A DNA stretch of 39,880 bases, taken from Macrostomum lignano (taxonomy: Eukaryota). The notes under the pieces are model-generated. The model ran no database searches. It was not told where the DNA came from and was given only the letters and a program-made list of their open reading frames with translations. The stretch spans positions 1-39,880 of the forward strand of contig NIVC01000970.1 of assembly GCA_002269645.1 (NCBI GenBank), written 5' to 3'. The position numbers and the translations under genes are program-made. Below are positions 1 through 11,746 of this stretch, piece after piece (position 1 is the first letter of the stretch; each line of letters opens with the position of its first letter).

Positions 1-27
1 CACTCTAACCACTAGGCTACAATCCCC
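1..27 (-). other. 5' end of a tRNA or tRNA-derived SINE, truncated by the window edge
   Basis: Reverse complement reads GGGGATTGTAGCCTAGTGGTTAGAGTG, containing a Pol III A-box (TAGCCTAGTGG) and resembling a tRNA 5' arm/D-loop. The rest lies outside the window. Confidence 0.45.
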
Positions 28-2275
28 TTAGAATTAGCCTGACAATGATGTTAGAGTCAATAACATATCTAAGAACAGTTTTTCACATAAAAAATGTTTA
101 GCAGTCATATAGGTCTTTTTATACTTATTCATCTCTTAAAATAATTATTTATTGTCAAAATTAATGAAACATCCTAACTACATGTACCAGGTATTTAAAT
201 TGTAAAAGTTAATGAAGCCTAAATGCTACCTTTGTAGCATGTTTGTAGCAATGCTTATTCCAATTTTCCATATGCTGTAGCTGTAGGACTCCAATATTAC
301 CATATTCCCATAGCCATAGCCATAGTTTTGACAAAAATTCTAGAAATAAAGTACTTTGAATTAGGAAGGTATAAGCCCAGTACTTAAATAACTACAAGGG
401 TCATTTAAGACTGCAAAGAAAAACAATTTAAAAAAAACCTAGCAAACTAGCAGTGTCAAATGTAAAAGTTTTTTACCAACATTACAAAAGCATCAGAGGA
501 AACACTAAGAAAGCATTTATTTGTTATATTTGTTTATTTACACTAAAAACCACGATTCCAAATTAACTAACCTTAATCCAATGAAAGAAAATTTTTTAAT
601 AAAATAAATATATATATATATATAATATAATGAGCAAACTAGCACCTAGTGAACTTTTTTTCTATAGTAAAGTATAAAACATAGTGTATTGTTAATACAT
701 TCATAGTTGACTATACCAAATGATTTTAACTTCCAAAACAGAACAGAGTTGAAATTTGCTAGTGTTTTTTTAATTTTGTAAACTATGATCACTTTACTAA
801 ACTTAAAGTATTTTTGTTTTACTTTACCTATTTCTAATATTTTTTAATTTTTTAAATTTATAACTATGGCTAAGGGAATCTACAGAATGTGACAGCAACT
901 ACCATATTTCCATAGTCGTAGCTATAAGAGCAGCTATCTACCATAGGCATATCTATAGCTGCCATAGGCACCTACTTTACCATATTTGCTGTAGGATCCC
1001 ATAGCTGTAGCTATGGCTATGGCAGAACATTAGCTTTGGTTAAATTGGTTCTTGACTAGATTTGTTCTTAATTACTTTTGTTTATACAAGGTACAATTTC
1101 AAATTCTAATACATCAATCATTAGTTTGAATTTTGCTAAGTGACTTTATGTAACATATCTGCGTATCAAATTTAAAAGTAAACAATTTTGTATTTACTTT
1201 ATGTCTGTTGTACTGTATATAGTATTTCTATAGTATTCCTCTTTTATTACTTTCTACTGTATGTATTTGTTATTTGGCATATATACTTTTATAGTGTAAC
1301 TTTATTTGTTTTAATGACCAATATTAATTGAATAAATATAATCATTGATCATTGTTCGTAAGAGTTTGCCACTCTGATTTGGCACTCTGGTCTCGACTGA
1401 CGATTCAAATATTCAAATGATACTGCTCGGCAATTAATTCGTTACATTTATACCAATATGACCAGAACCCTAATATAGCAAAATACTATACAATAAGTTT
1501 TAATAGGTCATTTAAATCTTTTTAAATAATATAATAAAGATATTATATTGTTGTACTATTGAAATTTTATTTAAAAGACAAAATCTACACATTGCTTTTA
1601 TAACATTTATATATTAGGCTATTATAGCTTATTACTATAGATTAAGATAAAATAGAAAAATAAATATTATTTTTCAATTAAGCCCCTATTTTATAGAAAA
1701 AAGTCAAGGCCTAAAAAATTGATTACCTTTATTAGGCCTATTGACATTGTTAATGATTTTAATCAAAAATATACTTTTTGAATATACTACTTAAGTGAAA
1801 GTGAAGAACAAGGCCTAACTTATTATTCTTTTAAGTGTCGCTCTTTTCATTTTTAAGTAAAAGCTTTTTTGAGCAAACTGCATACTAAAATTATTATGCA
1901 TTGTTATGCTATCTTATCTACTACATACTCGACTTATTATTAGACAATAGTCCCATAATACATATTGGCTTTACAAAACACTTCTTGTGCTTTTTGTGGG
2001 TGTCATGATTTTCATATTCTGATTCCAGAATCCTGCTGCCTGCAGGCGCAGAATTTCAATTGTTGTCAAAATACAAGTAGAATTGTAGAATAGAAACTGA
2101 CACATGCTCCAAGTCTACTGTTTTTTTAGAAATCTGGCTCGATAATTACTTCGCGAAAATTACTGGTGTTAAGCCCGCAAAAATCGGTACTTATGTTTAG
2201 GATCGTATCGTAGGCTACATAGAATACCTACGAGTACAATTGGCATTTTGGTGTTGTTGAGAGCTACCGGACGAC

Positions 2276-4461
2276 GGGTGTGTATAAAAGCTGGCACTGG
2301 CATCACTGGCATCGCTGGCATCAATGTAGCTAAACAAAATTTTTTTGAATTTTACTAAACTAAAAGCTCGGTGCTTGTAAAGTGCAAAATATGTTTTTTT
2401 TACAAATTTATGCACTTACTGCTAAGAAAGTCATAAACAGAACGTAAGTTTTATTGATACCTAAAAAATTTAACATTCAACTCTTAGCACCTAATTTTGT
2501 TTCAGTGCAGGCCATAGTATGTCGCAGTCTCGCAGATGAGTGGATATGCGCCACGCTTGCATGTATACAAACGGAACTCAAAGTGTATAACCTGCTTATA
2601 ACTTGTGATTTTACTTACTACGCTAACAATTTTCATTCATACGAAAATTAATATATTAATGGCTGTTGGAAGATTCAATATAGATTCGTGATATTAACAT
2701 GATGACGAAAATGCAATTTCCTGATTCGTTTGATCGAGTACAAACCATGCAGACCAGGGATGATATATAAATAATAACTTAATTGCGAGTCTGTGGGTGA
2801 ATTTTTTTTAATAAGTTACTTTGTGTTTGACTGAATTTGAATTTGAATTTTACTTTAAAATGCACACTCCCTCAATCTGTTTGCATGTATCTGATCAGGG
2901 GCGTAGGGAGGGGGGGATAAGGGGGGATGTATCCCCCCCGAAGAGCCTGACCAAAACTTTTTTGTTGCCCTTTGTTGCTATACATGATACCATGTGACTC
3001 TGTCATAGCACTTTTACCTTGGTGTATCCCCCCCGTAGAAAATTCACCTTGGTGTATCCCCCCGTAGGAAATTCCTGGCTACGCCCCTGTATCTGATTTT
3101 GCATCATCCTTTGTAGAAATGCATATTTGTTTGTAATTTGCAAGCAAGATACTAACTAAATCGTCCTGTGTAAAAATTCACACAATATTTGAACGAGTAG
3201 CAAAAAATCCATAAATTATATTTAGCATCAAAACATTATAAAAATGGAAGAATATTGTATAAAATCAAAATTACAACTGATGCTTACAAAAACAACAAAC
3301 AATATGTACAGGTGAAGTAATTCAGAAGGAATATTAACTAGAAATTGAAAATGTGTTGGCAAAGTCTCAAGAAACCAAAGTACATATTGCAAAAGCCTGT
3401 TCATTTTTTATTTTGGATAATACAAATAAACCTTTAATCAACAATTATTAAAAATTATTCGAACTCTTTTCAAAAAATGTACAGGACAAATGAAGAAAAA
3501 GCATAAACATATCAAGAAAAAAGAAAACTATACTTTATACTGTCAAACTTTGCATTCTAAACAAAGTACAACATAAAGGTACAGTAAACATATACTCATG
3601 GCATGTAAATTTTTGATAAATTATACATATTTTTCATGTTAAATACACTCTTTCTCTTCAAATTTTTCTTTTCATAGATTTACAACGCGAAAATCCACAA
3701 TAGGTATTTGGCAAGCATATCTAATTCTGCTTCGTTGAACTACAAGAACTGGCAAAACAACAGGCAATGAAATTACCTGGAGAAAGAATCACTATAACTA
3801 AAAAAACAGAATAGGAAAAAATGTTGAAAACATAATGTCACGATGTGGCATAGCGGCTAACTATGGCTAGGACCCTTAAAAGGGCCGTTTTGACAAGCGT
3901 TGCAGTAAGTCGTAGTTCCAAAATTTAAAGGAGTTAAAAAGTTAAGATTTTTTGTTTTAACGCTAACGCTTTTGCTATTAACGGAAGTTAAGATTTTCAT
4001 TAACGGTGCCCAACACTGCTTATTATACATGTACATCATTACACTCAATACCAGCAGAAAATTCGCGAAAATTCAACAGTCTGTCTTTATGGAATTTTTG
4101 CTAAGGATAAGGATGCTAAAGACTTAGCTTTATTTTTTTGTAGACTCTAATTGAGTGAATATTAAAAGTTAGATATACACTCAATGCGCAAAGGCATAGG
4201 CCTATGTAGGGTACATTTTACGTACTTCGGGTCAAGATGAAAATGCCAGTAAAAATAAAAAAAAATGGGTAATGCATCTTCGTTTTTCCGAAATTTAAAA
4301 GACTCCTATAATTGTTTTGATAAATATATTTTTGTTTACGGATGAACGAAAGAACACTATAATTTTTTTTAATAGAAGTATTACAAATATGCTTTGTTTT
4401 AGTGCACTGATGCCAGTGATGCCAGTATGCCAGTGTCCGTTGCCAGCTTTTATACACACCC
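2276..4461. mobile_element. Non-autonomous Mutator-like (MULE) DNA transposon
   Basis: Perfect 21-bp terminal inverted repeat GGGTGTGTATAAAAGCTGGCA (2276-2296 / 4441-4461), extending imperfectly to ~65-70 bp with CTGGCAT sub-repeats. Perfect 9-bp direct repeat CCGGACGAC at 2267-2275 and 4462-4470. A 9-bp TSD with G-starting TIRs is typical of Mutator. No intact transposase ORF. Confidence 0.85.
2896..3089. mobile_element. hAT-type MITE (194 bp) nested in the MULE
   Basis: TIR CAGGGGCGTAG (2896-2906) / CTACGCCCCTG (3079-3089), 14/16 when extended. Perfect 8-bp TSD TATCTGAT at 2888-2895 and 3090-3097. Internal duplicated ACCTTGGTGTATCCCCCC motif. Confidence 0.9.
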
Positions 4462-5061
4462 CCGGACGACGGCTGGCCGCTGGCCTTTCAGCAATATTTC
4501 AAAAAAAGTTAACACATTGTAGAAAGCAAATATGTTATTTGTACTTATGAAAAATAAAAATCTAAGTTATGCATTATGCTAGTTTTGTTACGACCCAATG
4601 TATTTGAAAAAAAACGTTGTTTAAGTATATGTACTGTTTCACTCCGGCAAAGTGATTCTTGATGACGGCCAAAACTGATTTGCTAACAACGACATCTTTC
4701 ATCCTTGACAGGCTCATAGTTTATTGAAACAAGACTTTTAACCTATAACTGTGGCTTGGTTTCGAGCTCGTATGCGAGCGATACGATCAAATGATTTGCA
4801 ACATTTCTTCATTTACAAAGTACATATGCATATGCATGTGGCATTCGACAATTCCCACTTGACAAAAGCATGAATATGTAAATGTAAATGGTGTAATTTT
4901 ACAGCTTTTATTTTACTCGGCGGATCAGCCTGCAGCCATGTCGATTTTTTATTTTGATCCTTTGGAGTACAACGTACATTTATGCACAGAATGGAATTTA
5001 TTGCTAATTTGTCCCTTTTCATGCTTTATGCTTTTAACATCTAATAGAAATTGTAGGGTTG

Positions 5062-5293
5062 TGTAACGCCAGTTGCGATGCATTTGAAGGTATCGCTCTC
5101 GGCTCCCTCTCCTGCAACAATCTCTCTTATGTCTCCTCTCTTGCACTCTCTCTCACCCTCTCTCCCTGCTTACCTCTCTCACAGCTTCTCCCCGCACTTT
5201 TAAATTTTTTTATAGTAGTGAACTCGGTGTCTTTAAACAATCAATAAACGCTTTGCAATTACTGCCCTACTTGCAAGTAGGTTCAATCGCACA
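5062..5293 (+). mobile_element. Possible solo LTR (232 bp)
   Basis: TGTAAC...CGCACA termini, internal CT-rich tract and AATAAA ~45 bp before the 3' end, more GC-rich than flanks. Flanking 4-mers GTTG/TTTG match only 3/4. Confidence 0.35.
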
Positions 5294-5514
5294 TTTGTTT
5301 TAGTCTAATATACTACGCGTAAAAATGAAATTTTTTGTGTCTCTCTGTACGAAATACGACTCGTAGATTACTGAATTATTATTCTATAAAGGTACGTAAT
5401 ATTCTTTCTGTAATGCTGGATCAAGTATCGCTATTGATAGAAAGATTAGCGATAAACAGATCTTTGAACAGCAAGACTATAAGGACTCCAAATGATCAGT
5501 AGCATAAAAAGAGG

Positions 5515-5735
5515 AATGACCCCAGATGACCAGAATCTTGAGGAGACAAATAGCCTTGAATGACCAGAATCATAATAAACAAATAGCCTAGATGACCAAG
5601 AATAAACTGAAGCTGAGACTAATGACACATGACCAGAAGCAAACTAAATGAACTGACTCAGATGACCAGAATTATATGAGAATGAGCCCAAATGTCCAGC
5701 GTCATAAGATGAACCAGTCCAGATGACCAGAGTCA
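5515..5735 (+). repeat. Degenerate ~30-35-bp tandem repeat with ATGACCAGA core
   Basis: About 7 recurrences of (G/A/C)ATGACCAGA at roughly regular spacing. Confidence 0.6.
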
Positions 5736-5771
5736 GATTCTCAAGGCTGCCTGAAATCCAAGTCAACTTAC

Positions 5772-6717
5772 TTCCAAAAGTGAGGTCTTCAACATATGCA
5801 GCAGCCAGTCTGTCCACTTTTGTGGCTCCTGCGTTAGGCGCCCTAATTAATAATTAATGAGGGAAACCACCCCTTGAAAAACTATCGTATCTCCCCTAAA
5901 TCTCAAGGGCCACCTGTAAATAATTAACATCAGCCAAGTCCAACTCATCTGTTTGAGAAAGCGGAGTCCAGCTCATGGAGATCTCCGCATTGAGCATAGT
6001 ATAAAGAGTTGAAACTCTTGGAAGTTATGGAAGTTAAAGAACACGGAGAGAGGAGTTGTCACTCCAGACTCAAGTTTTTGAGCTCCCCGGCTGTCCGGTT
6101 TAGCTGACTTTGCCGCTTCAAAGTTGAGCTGGGAAAGCACAGAGCACGCAAAGGGGATGCCACAGGGAATTGTGGAGAGACACGGCAGCAAACAAGGCCC
6201 AGATTCACTACCGTATGGGAGGCGCCTCATCTGGCAGAGCGGAGTCTGCGCGGTTTAAATGCGCGGAATTCCGGTCGGTCACGCGAGTTCAGAATTCAGT
6301 CAATCAAAAAGCCAGCATCTGCATCCCGGACACCGCAGTGCAGCCCAGCTGTAGCAAAATGCACTGGACGAGTGCTGGCATTCTATTGCGTAACAGGGAA
6401 GAAAAAATCGTTTTGCAAAAAAGGAATCTTGCAATGATGAAAATGAGAATGGTACTCGTATGCCAGCGCTCTCTGCTCACTCATGCAACTCAGCACTCAG
6501 TTGAGCTTCATCACACTCAATTAGGTTCCCCAGTCTACTTCATTTGAGCAGGTCTCAAGACCTCAAGGACCTCGGGACTTACCTGCCTGGGTCCTAAATA
6601 GCCAATTTTCACCTCCTGCCGACTGGTGAACAACTTTCCAGCCTCCTCAGCCTCATCATTGACATCATCAAAGCTTTCGTCCGCAATTCTCTTCTTTATC
6701 TTTGCTTTCACTTTGCC
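5772..6717 (-). other. Candidate chain of three coding exons of an unidentified gene (6583-6717, 5914-6128, 5772-5828)
   Basis: Donors CAG|GTAAGT (6583/6582), CAG|GTGGCC (5914/5913) and GAA|GTAAGT (5772/5771). Acceptors TGCTTTCCCAG| (6128) and CTAACGCAG| (5828). All phase 0 if one base is added to the middle exon. No recognisable homolog. Confidence 0.3.
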
Positions 6718-7706
6718 TCAGCGAAATCTTCGACCCGGCTGAGCCGCTAATTGCCCCCTCCCCTTTCTCGGCGTCTCGGAGGGCGGGAAGCGCAGGTGAA
6801 GAAGAGCTCGCGCGCCCAGTTGGAAACAAAATTGTTACGTAACAGATGGGAAAGAGGAAGCTCAGGGTTTTGAAATTGTGAGGCGAGAAATTCACACCAA
6901 GAGACGATAGGGAGACTTGTTGGCTAGATTAGCAATCCATATACTAAAAATGAAAATCTTGTATGTTTGTTTGTACGAAATCCATTCTATAGCTGGCGTG
7001 TGTGGGAAGCAGAGCGGCTGGGGGTTGTCTTGGGATTCGCTACAATGAAGGCCAACCCCCGAGGCACAGAGTGTACATGCCTCACGATTTGACAGTCAAG
7101 GGCGGCTGTACACTCTGAGTGAGCTGTGTTTATGAGTGCGTGCTTGCGTACAGTATTGGTGCGCAGTATTCCATGTGCTCAGCAGTCTTCTCAGGTCTTC
7201 TATAATCTGTAGTCATAGCATCCATGATTGAATGGATTAGCAATCCTTTCTAAGAATGCCGCAATTTAAAATTCTCCTTGACCGCGCCAGCCTCATAATC
7301 ATATCCGAACTGTCAGCAAACTGAGCCCTGGGGTCTCTGCAATCGCTTCTTCCCAAATCCCCATTATGAGTTGGGGATTGGGGTGGGGTGGGGGCGGTTG
7401 CTGAGTCACAAAGGCAGTCATTCCGCTCTGCGTATCTCGGCGGTCGCCGCCCCCCCCCCAGAAGCGGCCAGAATGCAAATCCCATGCAGGCCTCATCGAA
7501 GCAGCTCGACCGAAACTTTCTTTTAGAAGCAGCCGAGCCGAGCAGCGGCGGCTTACAATTTCAAGTGTGGAGGATTTGAGCTGCCCCGGCTGCGGGCCGG
7601 CAGTGACTCAGCCGCTCCAGGTGGGAATTGCGCAAATGGGGAAGCGTCTTGCTTTGGAGATGAAATTGAAGGACAAAAAACTGGAGGTCAACGATTTCAA
7701 TTGGTG

Positions 7707-8064
7707 TGGATTGCTAATCTATCCGATCAGTGATGCTATGACTATAGAATGGATTGCTAGTCTATCCGATCAGTGATGCTATGATATAGAATGGATTGCT
7801 AGTCTATCCGATCAGTGATGCTATGATATAGAATGGATTGCTAGTCTATCCGATCAGTGATGCTATGATATAGAATGGATTGCTAGTCTATCCAATCAGT
7901 GATGCTATGACAATAGAATGGATTGCTAATCTATCCAATCACTGATGCTATGATATAGAATGGATTGCTAGTCTATCCGATCAGTGATGCTATGATATAG
8001 AATGGATTGCTAGTCTATCCAATCATTGATGCTATGATATAGAATGGATTGCTAGTCTATCCAA
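7707..8064 (+). repeat. 42-bp minisatellite, ~8.5 copies
   Basis: Unit GGATTGCTAGTCTATCCGATCAGTGATGCTATGATATAGAAT. Confidence 0.95.
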
Positions 8065-9082
8065 GCCACGCAGAGTGATGCAGTGAGGCAGTGAGTAGCG
8101 AATCACTCTGCAGTGCCACGCCCCAGAAGAAGTCAAGGATGAAATCCTACGCACAGAATTTTCTGGAGGGATTTGTGGAATCGTGCCGCTCCCCCCCCCC
8201 AGAGCATGTCAGGTGGGCTCCCAGCCCGACCCGGCGAGACAGCCGCAGCAGCTGTCCGGTTGATCCGGTATCCGGGGGCAGCTGGCTCCAGCCTCCCAGT
8301 CGCTGTCACCGACCAACGCCAAGACGCGTCACATTCGGTGCCTCCGTGCTGCCCAGTTGATTGATTTTTCCCATCTCCTCAACTCCAAATCCGCGAGGTT
8401 GTTGCGTCATCGCTCGCTCGCGCGCCCGTCAGTCAGGAGCTCCCAGAGCGGGTCGTGATCCCCATATCATAGTTTGCTGTGGAGGACAGGACAAAAAATC
8501 CTCAGGATGAAGATCCACCGCCTAACACCCAATTTCTGGTTGTGTGAGCTCGCCATTATGAGACTGAGCAGTGCAGTCTTAATAATTCATTGGCATACGG
8601 CCACTGCATCAATGCGATCCGCGATATGCAAGCCGCTTACGTAACGAGCCTTTTTTAGGGCATTCCATAATTCAGATAGGGAGGCTGTGTGAGAGGGTTA
8701 TGGAGTAATTTCTGTCACGGTAGCGGTTTTATGAGTCTTAGGGAGGCTGGGAGGATTGGGAGCTGAAATATTCAGCCAGATTTGTGGCAGCAGAGGAGCG
8801 CTGGTGCTGATGGTTTTACAGCTTAATCAGGTTTTCAAGGCATTGGAGAGGCCTGAGGATCTGCAGCTCTGTGCTGCTTTGTGGACTCACAAGATTTGCG
8901 AGATTCGTGAGATTCGAATACTGAGATTTCAGGAGATTCTAGGGACTTCTAGTGTGATTCAGGATGATTTAAATGACTTAACAGGTGTATCTTATGATTC
9001 ACACAACATAGCTAGATGATTCAGGGCACAGTCCAGATGATTATTCAGAAGACAATCCAGATTATTCAGAGAAAATTCATGG

Positions 9083-10009
9083 GATTCAGAATGAATTTCA
9101 GATGATTCAGGATGAATTTCAGATGATTCAGGGTGAATTTCAGATGATTCAGGATGAATTTCAGATGATTCAGGATGAATTTCAGATGATTCAGGATGAA
9201 TTTCAGATTATTCAGGATGAATTTCAGATGATTCAGGGTGAATTTCAGATGATTCAGGATGAATTTCAGATGATTCAGGATTAATTTCAGATTATTCAGG
9301 ATGAATTTCAGATTATTCAGGATGAATTTCAGATGATTCAGGGTGAATTTCAGATGATTCAGGATGAATTTCAGATGATTCAGGATGAATTTCAGATGAT
9401 TCAGGATGAATTTCAGATGATTCAGGATGAATTTCAGATGATTCAGGATGAATTTCAGATTATTCAGGATGAATTTCAGATGATTCAGGGTGAATTTCAG
9501 ATGATTCAGGATGAATTTCAGATGATTCAGGATTAATTTCAGATTATTCAGGATTAATTTCAGATTATTCAGGATGAATTTCAGATGATTCAGGGTGAAT
9601 TTCAGATGATTCAGGATGAATTTCAGATGATTCAGGATGAATTTCAGATTATTCAGGATGAATTTCAGATTATTCAGGATGAATTTCAGATGATTCAGGA
9701 TGAATTTCAGATGATTCAGGATGAATTTCAGATGATTCAGGATGAATTTCAGATGATTCAGGATGAATTTCAGATGATTCAGGATGAATTTCAGATGATT
9801 CAGGATGAATTTCAGATGATTCAGGATGCATTTCAGATTATTCAGGGTGAATTTCAGATTGTTCAGGATGAATTTCAGATGATTCAGGGTGAATTTCAGA
9901 TTATTCAGGGTGAATTTCAGATGATTCAGGGTGAATTTCAGATGATTCAGGGTGAATTTCAGATGATTCAGGGTGAATTTCAGATGATTCAGGGTGAATT
10001 TCAGATGAT
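9083..10009 (+). repeat. 21-bp minisatellite, ~44 copies
   Basis: Unit GATGATTCAGGATGAATTTCA, with a degenerate leader at ~8960-9080. Confidence 0.97.
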
Positions 10010-10444
10010 ATATTTGCCAAGCAAGTGGGATCGCAGCTGGGAACCCGAAAAAGCAATAAAACCTGGAAAAGACCCCTTTAATCCCAGACACGGGTCTCCC
10101 ATTCCAATGAGCCGCGCAGTTCTTGGCCATACTTGATTGCTCTGCTTCTCAGAAGAAGATCTCTCTGGCAAAGCGGAGACAAAACACAGACTGCGGATGC
10201 TGACTTCTCCTTCATCATCATTCTTCTATTGCTGCTTTTGCAACAAGAAGCCGCTCTGTGTGTTTAGTGCTGCGCCGAAGCAGATAAGACAAATGGAATT
10301 GGCTGGTCGCTTAAGCGGAGAATTCCATAAATATTGCCTCGGGGACAGAAATGGGATGCAGATAATTTGGGGAACAAATTAGGGAGCAGGTAAAGAGAGG
10401 GGCTGGCTTAGCATTTGATAATTGGTATCGAGATGGGATGGGCG

Positions 10445-11746
10445 GGAGAGGGAGACAGGGTGAGAGGGAGACAGGGTGAGAGGGAGACAGGGTGAGAGAG
10501 AGACAGGGTGAGATGGAGACAGGGTGAGATGGAGGCAGGGTGAGAGGGAGACAGGGTGAGATGGAGACAGGGTGAGATGGAGGCAGGGTGAGAGGGAGAC
10601 AGGGTGAGATGGAGACAGGGCGAGATGGAGGCAGGGTGAGAGGGAGACAGGGTGAGATGGAGACAGGGTGAGATGGAGGCAGGGTGAGAGGGAGACAGGG
10701 TGAGATGGAGACAGGGTGGGATGGAGGCAGGGTGAGAGGGAGGCAGGGTGAGAGGGAGACAGGGTGAGATGGAGGCAGGGTGAGAGGGAGGCAGGGTGAG
10801 AGGGAGACAGGGTGAGATGGAGACAGGGTGAGATGGAGGCAGGGTGAGAGGGAGACAGGGTGAGATGGAGACGGGGTGAGATGGAGACAGGGTGAGAGGG
10901 AGGCAGGGTGAGAGGGAGGCAGGTTGAGAGGGAGACAGGGTGAGATGGAGACAGGGTGAGATGGAGACAGGGTGAGATGGAGACAGGGTGAGAGGGAGGC
11001 AGGGTGAGAGGGAGACAGGGTGAGAGGGAGACAGGGTGAGATGGAGACAGGGTGAGATGGAGGCAGGGTGAGAGGGAGGCAGGGTGAGAGGGAGACAGGG
11101 TGAGATGGAGACAGGGTGAGAGGGAGACAGGGTGAGAGGGAGACAGGGTGAGATGGAGACAGGGTGAGATGGAGGCAGGGTGAGAGGGAGACAGGGTGAG
11201 ATGGAGACAGGGTGAGATGGAGGCAGGGTGAGAGGGAGACAGGGTGAGATGGAGACAGGGTGAGATGGACGCAGGGTGATATGGAGACAGGGTGAGAGGG
11301 AGACAGGGTGAGATGGAGACAGGGTGAGATGGAGGCAGGGTGATATGGAGACAGGGTGAGATGGAGGCAGGGTGATATGGAGACAGGGTGATATGGAGAC
11401 AGGGTGAGATGGATGCAGGGTGATATGGAGACAGGGTGAGATGGAGATAGGGTGAGATGGAGACAGGGTGAGATGGAGATAGGGTGAGATGGAGACAGGG
11501 TGAGATGGAGGCAGGGTGAGAGGGAGATAGGGAGAGAGGAGACAGGGTGAGATGGAGACAGGGTGAGAGGGAGACAGGGTGAGATGGAGACAGGGTGAGA
11601 GGGACTCAGGGTGATATGGAGACAGGGTGAGATGGAGGCAGGGTGATATGGAGACAGGGTGAGATGGAGATAGGGTGAGATGGAGACAGGGTGAGACAGA
11701 GGCAGGGTGAGAGGGAGACAGGGTGAGAGGGAGACGGGGTGAGAGG
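10445..11746 (+). repeat. 16-bp minisatellite (G-rich strand on +), ~81 copies
   Basis: Unit GGAGACAGGGTGAGA(T/G) with GGAGGC variants. Confidence 0.97.

Noticed and set aside
2169-2246. MPIVLVGILCSLRYDP (minus strand) resembling the Rho/Ras G4 region
   Set aside because: The essential (N/T)KxD residues are absent and I found no G1 or G3 box nearby.
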